Below, piece after piece: positions 55,628-64,000 of a DNA stretch of 64,000 nucleotides. The stretch lies in IMG/VR virus record IMGVR_UViG_3300023296_001674, one strand, 5' to 3'. How positions within the stretch are numbered: the stretch's first letter is position 1; the number at the start of each line of letters is the position of its first letter. A program made the position numbers and the translations under genes. Source of the DNA: a virus. The notes beneath the pieces are model-generated. The model was not told the DNA's origin. It did not search any database and saw only the letters and a program-made list of their open reading frames with translations.

Positions 55628-55882
55628 ATGGTAACTGAAAACTATCCCACTGTCCCATTAGCAAAGTTTGATGGTCGACCAATTGGGAAGGCTGGATATA
55701 AAGAACCGGTATTCAAAAGAAATATATTTCAAAATAGATTTATTGATGTGATTGTCACAGTCTATTCAGGCGAGATACAGCACCCAACATCGGGTCATGT
55801 ATTGGTTCCAGTTATGTTTGGCGAAATGAATGTCATACGATATTTAGATAAAACACAACTGGATTATACTATTGCTAATTGA
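55628..55882 (+). CDS. hypothetical protein
   Basis: ORF track; TTGCAT-N17-TATAAT ~55574-55602. Confidence 0.5.
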   Translation: MVTENYPTVPLAKFDGRPIGKAGYKEPVFKRNIFQNRFIDVIVTVYSGEIQHPTSGHVLVPVMFGEMNVIRYLDKTQLDYTIAN

Positions 55883-56657
55883 TCCACTTACCAAATATTC
55901 CAACGACGAACAAGATAAAATAATTGAGGTGGCAAAACGGCATCACGCTCATACGTATCATCGTGGAACTAACTTTGATTTATATAAAGAATATGATGCA
56001 CCATATTGGGGTGACGGCGAATGTGAACACGGGAGTTGTAAACATTGTAAATATAATACCATTGATGAAATACGTTCTAAAATGGTGTATGAAAATCATT
56101 ATGACGACAACGAAGAACGATGTTATGAATATTCAGATGGAGCATTTTATGAATGGTTTAACTCTATTATAACCAATGATGAAAAAATATGGATTGAAAA
56201 TATAGATAAACCATTTGAAAAAGCAATTGTTTTTTATGACAATGAGGAATATTGGGAGAAGATTTACGACGATTATGTCGATTTAACATTGCTGAAATGG
56301 TTAAATGATAAAAATATAACGTATCATATCATAAAAGGATTGCTTGACTTTTCTGTAAATCTGTATTATAAAAAAGAATCCATTTGGGATGATCATATAA
56401 GAGAATATAGACTTAGATTTGGTGACGCGACAACTATCGACTATATGTACGCAATATCACATTTAGGTTGGTATAGAATATCAATATATGATATGGCAAT
56501 AAATGATGATGATATCAATGATGCTATAGAATGGATAGATGAAAATCACACCGGTATTGTTCTTAAATATTCCAACGTTGATGGTTATAGTAGCAATGAT
56601 TATTTGTTTGAAAATGATGAAGATATAATGGGTTTAAAATTAAGATGGATGGAGTAA
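55872..56657 (+). CDS. hypothetical acidic protein with C-terminal ..DEDIMGLKLRWME motif (non-ATG start in track)
   Basis: ORF track (TTG); shares C-terminal motif with 41557 and 41835 products. Confidence 0.45.
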   Translation: MLIDPLTKYSNDEQDKIIEVAKRHHAHTYHRGTNFDLYKEYDAPYWGDGECEHGSCKHCKYNTIDEIRSKMVYENHYDDNEERCYEYSDGAFYEWFNSIITNDEKIWIENIDKPFEKAIVFYDNEEYWEKIYDDYVDLTLLKWLNDKNITYHIIKGLLDFSVNLYYKKESIWDDHIREYRLRFGDATTIDYMYAISHLGWYRISIYDMAINDDDINDAIEWIDENHTGIVLKYSNVDGYSSNDYLFENDEDIMGLKLRWME

Positions 56658-56661
56658 TAAA

Positions 56662-57513
56662 ATGTATAACACAAGAATAGCGCCATCACCAACGGGTGAT
56701 ATGCACCTTGGTACTGCTAGAACCGCTTATCATAATTTTTTGATGGCAAGGGCGTCCGGTGGAAAATTTATATTGCGCATCGACGATACTGATGCTGCAC
56801 GCAGTAAACAGTCGCACGTCGACGTCATCCTTGAAACTATGGATTGGTTGGGTTTAGACTACGACGAAATCGTTTATCAAAGTGATAGAAATGATCGTTA
56901 TATGGAAGTAATCAAACAGATGGATGCAGATGATCTTGTTTGCGAGTTAGACAATGGTGCATTTGGCACATTCATCGAAAGGGTTCCTGATGAATGGACA
57001 GATGAAATTGCTGGTGATATTATAGTGTCAGAGACCGATAGTGATATTAGTTCTAGTCTTATATTAATGAAAAGTGATGGAACTCCTACTTATCATTTTG
57101 CATCAGTAATAGATGATATGGATTTCAATATTAATTATATTATCAGAGGACACGATCATATATCTAATACACCAAAGCAACTCAATATTATGAACAACCT
57201 TGGTATGGTCATACCTAAGTTCGCACACGTGGGTCTTATTCACAAAGACGGTAAGAAATTATCTAAACGTGACGGCGCAGCAAGTATGTTGCACTATCGC
57301 GATCAAGGATATGACCCTGATGCAATGCTCAATTTTTTATTGAATCTTGGGTGGGCACCAACAAATCAAGGCAAGCAACATAAAATAATAGATCGTGATT
57401 TTGCTCTAGAGATTTTTATCAATGGTGGAAAATTGCGCAATCAATCAGCAAATATGGATTTAGCATTACTAGATTCATACAATAAAAAGTATAAGTATAT
57501 CAAGAGGAAATAA
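56662..57513 (+). CDS. class I aminoacyl-tRNA-synthetase paralogue: GluRS catalytic-domain only (GluQ-RS/YadB-like)
   Basis: IAPSPTGDMHLGTARTA (HIGH), RIDDTD, SDGTPTYHFASVIDDMDFNINYIIRGHDHISNTPKQ, DGKKLSKRDG (KMSKS); 283 aa, no anticodon-binding domain. Confidence 0.8.
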   Translation: MYNTRIAPSPTGDMHLGTARTAYHNFLMARASGGKFILRIDDTDAARSKQSHVDVILETMDWLGLDYDEIVYQSDRNDRYMEVIKQMDADDLVCELDNGAFGTFIERVPDEWTDEIAGDIIVSETDSDISSSLILMKSDGTPTYHFASVIDDMDFNINYIIRGHDHISNTPKQLNIMNNLGMVIPKFAHVGLIHKDGKKLSKRDGAASMLHYRDQGYDPDAMLNFLLNLGWAPTNQGKQHKIIDRDFALEIFINGGKLRNQSANMDLALLDSYNKKYKYIKRK

Positions 57514-57514
57514 A

Positions 57515-58351
57515 ATGAAGTACGATTTAGGTTCAGATTTACACGTAGATATTAATGCGGGTCGCATTGGTATGGTTAGATTTAAAGAAATGAAAAACGC
57601 AGGTAGTGATACTATAGTATTGGCAGGTGATATATCAAATGATCCAGAACTCACTGTTAAAGTATTAGCGATGGCGGCATCGGCATATGAAAATGTAATA
57701 TTTGTGGATGGAAATCACGAACATTATAGTAACGGAAAATATGGGTTAGACGTTTCTGGTGCTATGGGATTCTTCAAAGAAGCAATAGATTTAATACCAA
57801 ATGTCACATATTTATCTGGCGACAATAACGTTATTATTGACGACACGATGTTCGTTGGGGCTAATGCTTGGTATGATTTTAGAATGGCACCACCACAATA
57901 CACGCCTGAAAAATGCAAAGAAGCATGGGAAACAAGCCTAAATGATTTTAGATTATCTAATTTTGACGTAGAGCCAGAAGTATTGGCGGGTATTCAGTCT
58001 GCATTGATTGCGGATCAAGTATCCAAAGCGCAAGATAATGACGATGTTAAAAAAATAGTAGTTGTTACCCACACCGTGCCGAACACTAAAGGATTATTAG
58101 TTAAAAATAATCCATCGTGGGATATATTAAATGGCTGTTTTGGAAATTCAACGATGTCAAACGTATGGCAAGTTGATACAAATCGCAAAATTATTCACGC
58201 AGTTTGTGGACATACACATTATCCAAATGATTTTGTCGACAACGATGGTATAAGATTTGTAATAAATCCAAGAGGTTATCATGGTGCTGAAAACGAACTT
58301 GGTGATAGATGGTTTTTAGTTCAAATGGATACATCAGACGAACGTATATAA
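57515..58351 (+). CDS. metallophosphoesterase (calcineurin-like)
   Basis: GSDLHVD, LAGDISND, DGNHEHY, VVTHTVP, CGHTHYP; ATG overlaps upstream TAA. Confidence 0.7.
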   Translation: MKYDLGSDLHVDINAGRIGMVRFKEMKNAGSDTIVLAGDISNDPELTVKVLAMAASAYENVIFVDGNHEHYSNGKYGLDVSGAMGFFKEAIDLIPNVTYLSGDNNVIIDDTMFVGANAWYDFRMAPPQYTPEKCKEAWETSLNDFRLSNFDVEPEVLAGIQSALIADQVSKAQDNDDVKKIVVVTHTVPNTKGLLVKNNPSWDILNGCFGNSTMSNVWQVDTNRKIIHAVCGHTHYPNDFVDNDGIRFVINPRGYHGAENELGDRWFLVQMDTSDERI

Positions 58352-58358
58352 AATAAAA

Positions 58359-58394
58359 TAAACCGGTTGGATACAGTTCTAACCGGTTTTATTT
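58359..58394 (+). terminator. rho-independent terminator
   Basis: AACCGGTTggatacagttctAACCGGTTttatttt. Confidence 0.55.
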
Positions 58395-58426
58395 TGATAA
58401 ATACCTTTACATAAAGAGGTTTCATA

Positions 58427-60076
58427 ATGACAAAATATTACATGGGTGTATCCGCTTATCATCACGATAGTGCTGCCGCGCTAATAGATGAACACGGAAA
58501 CATTATTTGCGTTAGCCAAGAAGAACGTAGAACACTTATAAAGAATGACAAATCGTGGCCTGAAGAAAGTATTAATTTTTGTTTACGTCATGCAAAATCG
58601 CAACAGTTAGATACATCCGATATCACTTATGGATTTTATGAAAAACCATGGATTAAATTTACACGTAGATTTTGTCAAAATCCTAAAGACACCGTTCGAT
58701 ATTTCAAAGAAGCATATAATACTACGAAAAAAATAAAAGGTTATAAAACCATAATGCATCACGATGCTCATGCATTGGCTGGATGTGCAACATCGCCATT
58801 TGATAATTGTGTATATTTAATAGTTGATGCAGTGGGTGAATGGGAGACGACAACTTGGGGAACATTTAATAAAATCGATGGTATAAAAAAAGAAGGGTCT
58901 ATTAGATATCCGCACAGTATAGGATTAATGTATTCATCATTTACGAGATGGTTGGGATTAAAACCAAACGAAGATGAATATATTGTAATGGGTGCGGCGG
59001 CTTTCGGTAAACCACGATTTGCTAATAAAATAAGAAAAGATTTTTTATCAGAAGTAACAGCATCGCCACATGGAATAGAATTTAAAAAAGGAGTTCATAA
59101 CGGTATAGAGCAATACTACGGCGACGAAGTTCCCGTAAAAGATTGGTATGATTGGTGTGCGAGCATCCAGTATGTATGCGAACAAATGATGATAGATTTG
59201 GTTAGAATGTTAGAGCAACAATACGGCAAAGGTCATAATTTGGTATTAGGCGGCGGTGTAGCACTTAATTGTGTGGCAAATTCTAAAATAATGAAATCAA
59301 CGCATGTGAAAGAATTATGGATATTACCAAGCCCCGGTGATAGTGGAAACGCGCTAGGGGCTGCTGCGCACGCCGCTGGCATCAATGATTTAGTTTGGGA
59401 TAGTCCTTACCTTGGAATGGACATGGATAACGACAGTAACCCAACACAGGAACTAATACGCAACGTTGTAGCAAGATTGGATAATGGTGAAATTATAGGT
59501 TGGATACAAGGCAAAGAAGAATTTGGTCCGCGCTCTTTGGGTCATCGTTCATTGCTTGCCGATCCAAGATCATCGAAAATTAAAAATAAAATAAATTTAA
59601 TAAAAAATCGACAAACATTTAGACCTTTCGCACCGTCTGTGTTAGAAGAAGAAACATATATGTATTTTGACTTACCAAATGGCACAACAAGTAGATACAT
59701 GCAATTTACAGCAAGAGTAAAAAATCCAAATATGTTACCTGCAATATGTCATATTGATGGAACCACCAGAGTTCAAACCGTACCTAAATCAACCGATCCA
59801 TTTAGACGATTGCTTGAGCATTGGAAAGAAACCACTGGTTGTGCAGCATTGTTGAACACCAGTCTTAATATCAAAGGTCAACCATTAATGAGTAATCGAA
59901 AAGATGCTATTCAAATGTTATTAGATACACCAATGGATGCATTGGTTATAGGCAATAGATTGTACTATAAAATAACAAAAGATGGATTAAGCGATGAACC
60001 CGGCGAAACGGTTCAAATAGCAGAATGTATAGATTACAGCCAAGGCGTTGATGACATGATTAAAGGTCGTTTCTAA
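58427..60076 (+). CDS. NodU/CmcH/TobZ-family carbamoyltransferase (Kae1-like + YrdC-like architecture expected)
   Basis: MTKYYMGVSAYHHDSAAALIDEHGNIICVSQEERRTLIKNDKSWPEE N-terminus typical of Carbam_trans_N; 549 aa; RBS aagagg. Confidence 0.7.
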   Translation: MTKYYMGVSAYHHDSAAALIDEHGNIICVSQEERRTLIKNDKSWPEESINFCLRHAKSQQLDTSDITYGFYEKPWIKFTRRFCQNPKDTVRYFKEAYNTTKKIKGYKTIMHHDAHALAGCATSPFDNCVYLIVDAVGEWETTTWGTFNKIDGIKKEGSIRYPHSIGLMYSSFTRWLGLKPNEDEYIVMGAAAFGKPRFANKIRKDFLSEVTASPHGIEFKKGVHNGIEQYYGDEVPVKDWYDWCASIQYVCEQMMIDLVRMLEQQYGKGHNLVLGGGVALNCVANSKIMKSTHVKELWILPSPGDSGNALGAAAHAAGINDLVWDSPYLGMDMDNDSNPTQELIRNVVARLDNGEIIGWIQGKEEFGPRSLGHRSLLADPRSSKIKNKINLIKNRQTFRPFAPSVLEEETYMYFDLPNGTTSRYMQFTARVKNPNMLPAICHIDGTTRVQTVPKSTDPFRRLLEHWKETTGCAALLNTSLNIKGQPLMSNRKDAIQMLLDTPMDALVIGNRLYYKITKDGLSDEPGETVQIAECIDYSQGVDDMIKGRF

Positions 60077-61098
60077 TGCACCCATATATGTTTGTTTTAA
60101 AACTTGCGACACTTAAAAAAATGGCTGATAAAAAAACGGTGTTGCGCGGTGCAGCGGTAGATGGATGCATCAATTTATTTGAAGGTTTTCAATTAGCGTT
60201 TGATAAAAAACGAGTATTTCATGTTAAAAGTGTGCCATTGATTGAAATAGATGAAACAATGTCACAAGATGAAATAACCGAAAATGGAACATACACTTGG
60301 GATATGTTTAAGGCGTTGGTTGGTTTATTAGAAAAAAATGATATTGATGAAGAAACGAAAAAAACGCTATTATATGAAGCGTGTGAACAATCGGGAATAT
60401 TAGAATGGAATGGATTCTATCGTCCCATACTCATGAAAAATATTAAATGTGGGGTAATGCCAAAAACAATAAACGCGATATTGGATGAATTCGGCGGAAC
60501 GGCATTGAAATATAAAATACCAATATGGAAAATACAACGAATACATCAAAATGGATTACATGTAGGTGAAAAATATGTAGAACCATTATTAGATGGCAAA
60601 CGAGCAATCACGATTGTAAATAAAGAATTAAAAATTGCTCAAATGTTTTCTGAAACTGGTGTATTAATAAAAACCCACAAAATAGATTTGGAACCATTGG
60701 CAGAATTGTCATATCAATTTCCAGCAAGTATGGTATTCGATGGTAATATAATCGATAGAAGTTATGGTGAACTTATGGATAAATCTGGAACCGATTCATA
60801 TTATGCGATATATGACATTATTCCGTTATCTGATTTTGAAAAAAGTTATTGCCCAATGGCGCTAACAGATCGAAAAAATACATTAAATGACCTTAACCTC
60901 ATTCTACGCGAAGAAACGAATGGGCAGATATATGTCCTACCGTCTTTACTGATGGATTTTTCTGCTGAAAATAAAGAAAAGAAACTAAAAGAAATTTCCG
61001 ATGAAATAAAAAATGCCGGATTTAAAGCATCAGTTGTCAAAGATAGCAAATCATTCTACACTTGTGCACGCGATTTATCATGGTTCAAAACACAATAA
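60076..61098 (+). CDS. hypothetical protein (340 aa); weak ligase/nucleotidyltransferase-like motif spacing
   Basis: LLDGKRA, VFDGNII, GFKASVVKD in ligase-like order but motif I lacks Lys; speculative. Confidence 0.45.
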   Translation: MHPYMFVLKLATLKKMADKKTVLRGAAVDGCINLFEGFQLAFDKKRVFHVKSVPLIEIDETMSQDEITENGTYTWDMFKALVGLLEKNDIDEETKKTLLYEACEQSGILEWNGFYRPILMKNIKCGVMPKTINAILDEFGGTALKYKIPIWKIQRIHQNGLHVGEKYVEPLLDGKRAITIVNKELKIAQMFSETGVLIKTHKIDLEPLAELSYQFPASMVFDGNIIDRSYGELMDKSGTDSYYAIYDIIPLSDFEKSYCPMALTDRKNTLNDLNLILREETNGQIYVLPSLLMDFSAENKEKKLKEISDEIKNAGFKASVVKDSKSFYTCARDLSWFKTQ

Positions 61099-61191
61099 TA
61101 AAAAATCTATACTTGGTTATTATTTAAGTTGACTTATAGTTGGCGATTCATTATTATGTATCTACATTAATTAACTAGGAGATACAAAATA

Positions 61192-61461
61192 ATGGCTTTA
61201 GATTCATTAACACCAGATAACACAACCGCAATTAAACAAACTATTGAAGCAGGCGTTCAAGTATTGCGCGAAGTGGATACACTAAAAGAAGATATGAAAG
61301 TCTATGTAACAAATCTTTCCGAAGAATTGGACATCAAACCGGCAACCGTATCAAAGGCAATTCGTCTAGCGCATAAAAACGAGAAAGATGATGCCATCAA
61401 ACAAGCACAAGAAGAAATGACTGATGTAGAATTGATTCTACACGCTGCTGGAAAAATATAA
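61192..61461 (+). CDS. hypothetical protein
   Basis: ORF track; TTGACT-N17-TATTAT ~61130-61158; RBS aggag. Confidence 0.55.
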   Translation: MALDSLTPDNTTAIKQTIEAGVQVLREVDTLKEDMKVYVTNLSEELDIKPATVSKAIRLAHKNEKDDAIKQAQEEMTDVELILHAAGKI

Positions 61462-61510
61462 TAATCAGTGTTGGTTAGACACTTTAACTGTAACCAAAAC
61501 TTTAAAGTCA

Positions 61511-61541
61511 CTCGGGACATAAACCGAGAAGGATAAGAATG
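61511..61541 (+). promoter_or_regulatory. candidate translational operator of DNA polymerase (hairpin abutting SD)
   Basis: CTCGGgacataaaCCGAGaaggataagaATG: 5-bp stem, 8-nt loop, adjacent to SD, the architecture of the T4 gene 43 autoregulatory operator. Confidence 0.4.
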
Positions 61542-64000
61542 ACATACGTAGACGCAATAAAAGTTAAAGATACCATTTATATCGCAGAACGCGATGCTAA
61601 TGGAAAAAGGATAACACAACAATATCCAGCAACATATACACTATATAAGAAACAGCCACATGGCGAACATACTTCTATCTATGGTGATTCGTTAACGAAA
61701 TACACATTCGGAACATATCAAGACCATAGAAATGCGGTGAATGGTGCGCAACCTAGCACATTATTCGAACATGATATTAATCCAGTTTTCAGTTTTCTTG
61801 AAGAACACTATTCTAATGCTCCATTGCCTATGTTGCATGTTGCATTTTTTGATATTGAGGTCGACTTTGATCCTAATATTGGTTTCTCAAGTCCTGAAGA
61901 CCCATATTGTGCTGTGAATGCTATATCGGTGCATCAATCTTGGACGGGGCAAAACCATACGGTTGTTTTGAAACCAAAAACCATAAGAAAAACACTTATG
62001 ATTAATGGCAAAGAAGTGACTAAACTAGTTCCGTTAACAGAAGAAGAAGCAGTAGAAATATGCAATAAATTCGAAAATACCATATTATGTAGAGATGAAA
62101 TCGAATTATATAATAAATTTTTCGAATTGATATATGATGCGGATATTTTAAGTGGATGGAACAGCACCGGATTTGATATACCATATTTGGTTAGACGATT
62201 AGAAAAAATCAAACATACCGAAAAAAATAAGAAGTTTTGTTTATGGGATCAAAAACCCAGAAAAAGAAATTTTGAAAAATTCGGTAAAGAGCAATTCACA
62301 TATGATTTGTTTGGTCGTGTTCATTTGGACTATCTTGATTTGTATCAAAAACATACGTATCACGAAATGCACAGTTATAGTCTAGATGCTGTTGGCGAGT
62401 ATGAAGTTAAAGAACGCAAAGTAGCATATGCTGGAAGTTTGGATATGCTATATAAGGCGGATTTTGAAAAATTTATCGAATATAACCGTCAAGACGTTAT
62501 GGTGTTAGTTAAAATCGATAAGAAAAACAAATTCATCGAGTTATCCAATAACCTTGCGCACGAAATGACTGTAACATTGCAGACTACACTTGGTTCTGTT
62601 GCGTTGATAGAATCAGCCATATGTAAGGAAATACATTCTCAGGGGCTGATAGCACCAAGTAAGAAAAAACCTTCTGGTGAGTCAACGTCGGTGGCTGGTG
62701 CCTATGTTGCTACCCCTATTAAGGGTTTGCATAATTGGGTTGGTAGCGTAGATATCAATTCGTTATATCCTTCGGTTATTCGAGCACTCAATATAAGCCC
62801 TGAAACAATAGTTGGTCAGATCAGATTAACAGAGACAATGACACACATTTCAGATTATTTGAATGAAAAATCAACCAATACGTTAGCAGAAGCGTGGGGG
62901 GATTTCTTTGGTGTTCATGAATACAATAAATTGATGAGAAAATCTCCTGATGAGAAAATCATTGTAGATTTAGAAGATGGGTCGGCATTAGAACAATCTG
63001 TCGAAGATTGGTTTAATTCTATACACGATGAAGATTCAAGTATGTGCGTAAGTAGTAATGGGACATTATTCAGAATAGACAAAAAAGGCATTATTCCAGG
63101 TTTGCTTGAACGTTGGTATAATGAACGCGTTATTATTCGCAAAGAAGCATCGGATATGTATAAGCAAGTAGAAAATATGGAAGATGGTCCCGAAAAGGAT
63201 GAACTTAATAAACAAATAGCATTCCGTGATCAACGACAATTGATTAAAAAGATTTTGCTTAACAGTTTGTATGGTGCGTTACTTAATCCATATTGTAGAT
63301 TTTTTGATCAACGTATGGGACAGTCAGTTACATTAACTGGGCGTTGTATTACCAAACACATGATGTCAAAAATGAATGAAATATTTACCGGTGAATATGA
63401 TCATGAAGGTGAATCGATAATTTATGGCGATACTGATTCTGCATATTTCTCCGCGTATCCAATTTTCAAAGATATAAAAGATTTTGACTGGTCTGCGGAT
63501 AATATAATTGAATTATATGATACCGTATCAAGTCAAATGAATGAATCGTTTCCGGGTTATATGGTAGATGCGTTTCATACATCATTAGAAAACGGAAAGA
63601 TAATTGAAGCAGGGCGCGAAGTTATTGCACAGAAAGGTGTATTCATTAAAAAGAAACGTTATGCTTTATTATGTAATGATATTGAAGGTAGACGTTTTGA
63701 TCAAGGTGATGAACCAGGAAAAATGAAAGCGATGGGCGTTGAACTTAAACGTTCTGATACACCCGCAAGCATTCAAGTGTTTCTAAAAGACACATTAATG
63801 ATGGCACTATCTGGTTCCAGCGAAGAAGAAATTAGATTATACATTAAAGATTTCCGTGAAGATTTTAGATCATGGGATGGATGGAATAAAGGCGCACCAA
63901 AACGCGTCAACAATCTTACAGAAAAAGTCGATAAAGAAAAAACGTTGGGAATGAGAACCAGCATGGCAGGACATCAACGTGCATCAATGGCATGGAATGA
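61539..64000 (+). CDS. family B DNA polymerase, T4 gp43-like (5' part; continues beyond window)
   Basis: FFDIEVD (ExoI), SGWNSTGFDIPYL, YNRQDV, SLYPSVIR, KKILLNSLYGALLN, IYGDTDSAYF; no stop before window end. Confidence 0.85.
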   Translation, partial: MTYVDAIKVKDTIYIAERDANGKRITQQYPATYTLYKKQPHGEHTSIYGDSLTKYTFGTYQDHRNAVNGAQPSTLFEHDINPVFSFLEEHYSNAPLPMLHVAFFDIEVDFDPNIGFSSPEDPYCAVNAISVHQSWTGQNHTVVLKPKTIRKTLMINGKEVTKLVPLTEEEAVEICNKFENTILCRDEIELYNKFFELIYDADILSGWNSTGFDIPYLVRRLEKIKHTEKNKKFCLWDQKPRKRNFEKFGKEQFTYDLFGRVHLDYLDLYQKHTYHEMHSYSLDAVGEYEVKERKVAYAGSLDMLYKADFEKFIEYNRQDVMVLVKIDKKNKFIELSNNLAHEMTVTLQTTLGSVALIESAICKEIHSQGLIAPSKKKPSGESTSVAGAYVATPIKGLHNWVGSVDINSLYPSVIRALNISPETIVGQIRLTETMTHISDYLNEKSTNTLAEAWGDFFGVHEYNKLMRKSPDEKIIVDLEDGSALEQSVEDWFNSIHDEDSSMCVSSNGTLFRIDKKGIIPGLLERWYNERVIIRKEASDMYKQVENMEDGPEKDELNKQIAFRDQRQLIKKILLNSLYGALLNPYCRFFDQRMGQSVTLTGRCITKHMMSKMNEIFTGEYDHEGESIIYGDTDSAYFSAYPIFKDIKDFDWSADNIIELYDTVSSQMNESFPGYMVDAFHTSLENGKIIEAGREVIAQKGVFIKKKRYALLCNDIEGRRFDQGDEPGKMKAMGVELKRSDTPASIQVFLKDTLMMALSGSSEEEIRLYIKDFREDFRSWDGWNKGAPKRVNNLTEKVDKEKTLGMRTSMAGHQRASMAWN

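Noticed and set aside
1-64000. tRNA, rRNA or CRISPR arrays
   Set aside because: No GTTCGAATC-type T-arm, cloverleaf-sized structured 70-90-nt units flanked appropriately, or regularly spaced 25-40-bp direct repeats with unique spacers were seen. The tandem repeats at 24751 are contiguous, with no spacers.

Overview
This 64-kb window reads as part of a large virulent tailed-phage genome. The right end (61539 to window end) encodes a T4-type family-B DNA polymerase (FDIE exo motif, SLYPS, KxxxNSxYG, YGDTDS), preceded by a gp43-like hairpin-plus-SD translational operator. From 0.4 to 33 kb there are about 75 tightly packed, mostly tiny plus-strand early genes. Nearly every one has its own near-consensus sigma70-type promoter (TTGACw-N17-TATAAT), an AAAGGAA-type RBS and a rho-independent terminator. 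This region also contains a UvrD-like helicase, a macro-domain protein, an ArdC-like protein, an HNH endonuclease and three paralogous homing-endonuclease-like genes. It is dotted with families of near-identical promoter/leader cassettes and a 12-copy ~48-bp element (sigma70-like promoter followed by a TAGGGAGGGATGAS box) in both orientations; in two places (19.6 kb, 27.9 kb) a copy sits immediately downstream of a minus-strand promoter reading into a bidirectional terminator, and at 31.4 kb a copy converges on such a promoter across one. From 33.1 to 37.5 kb there is a visibly AT-rich island, flanked by a dense repeat/palindrome cluster. It carries a minus-strand operon of paralogous small proteins, a ParB-like nuclease-domain protein, a frameshifted paralog and a GT-rich non-coding stretch. 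From 37.5 to 48.5 kb lies AT-rich accessory/late DNA with a hyper-acidic low-complexity protein, two GIY-YIG homing endonucleases, a T4-Pnk-like P-loop kinase, a lambda-type Ser/Thr phosphatase, an M15 peptidase (endolysin candidate), and a Dam-like methyltransferase with a large unknown partner. From 48.6 to 54.9 kb there are three large repeat-rich tail-fiber-like proteins. From 54.9 to 61.1 kb there is a RyR-domain protein, then an operon encoding a truncated class-I aaRS paralogue (GluQ-RS/YadB-like), a metallophosphoesterase, a NodU/TobZ-type carbamoyltransferase and a 340-aa possible nucleotidyltransferase. Together with the Pnk-like kinase and the phosphatase, I read this operon as a candidate, undescribed tRNA/nucleic-acid modification-repair module; that reading is inference. 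No rRNA, tRNA or CRISPR array was recognised. All coordinates for non-CDS elements are approximate (about 2 nt); functions are motif-based, with no database search possible.
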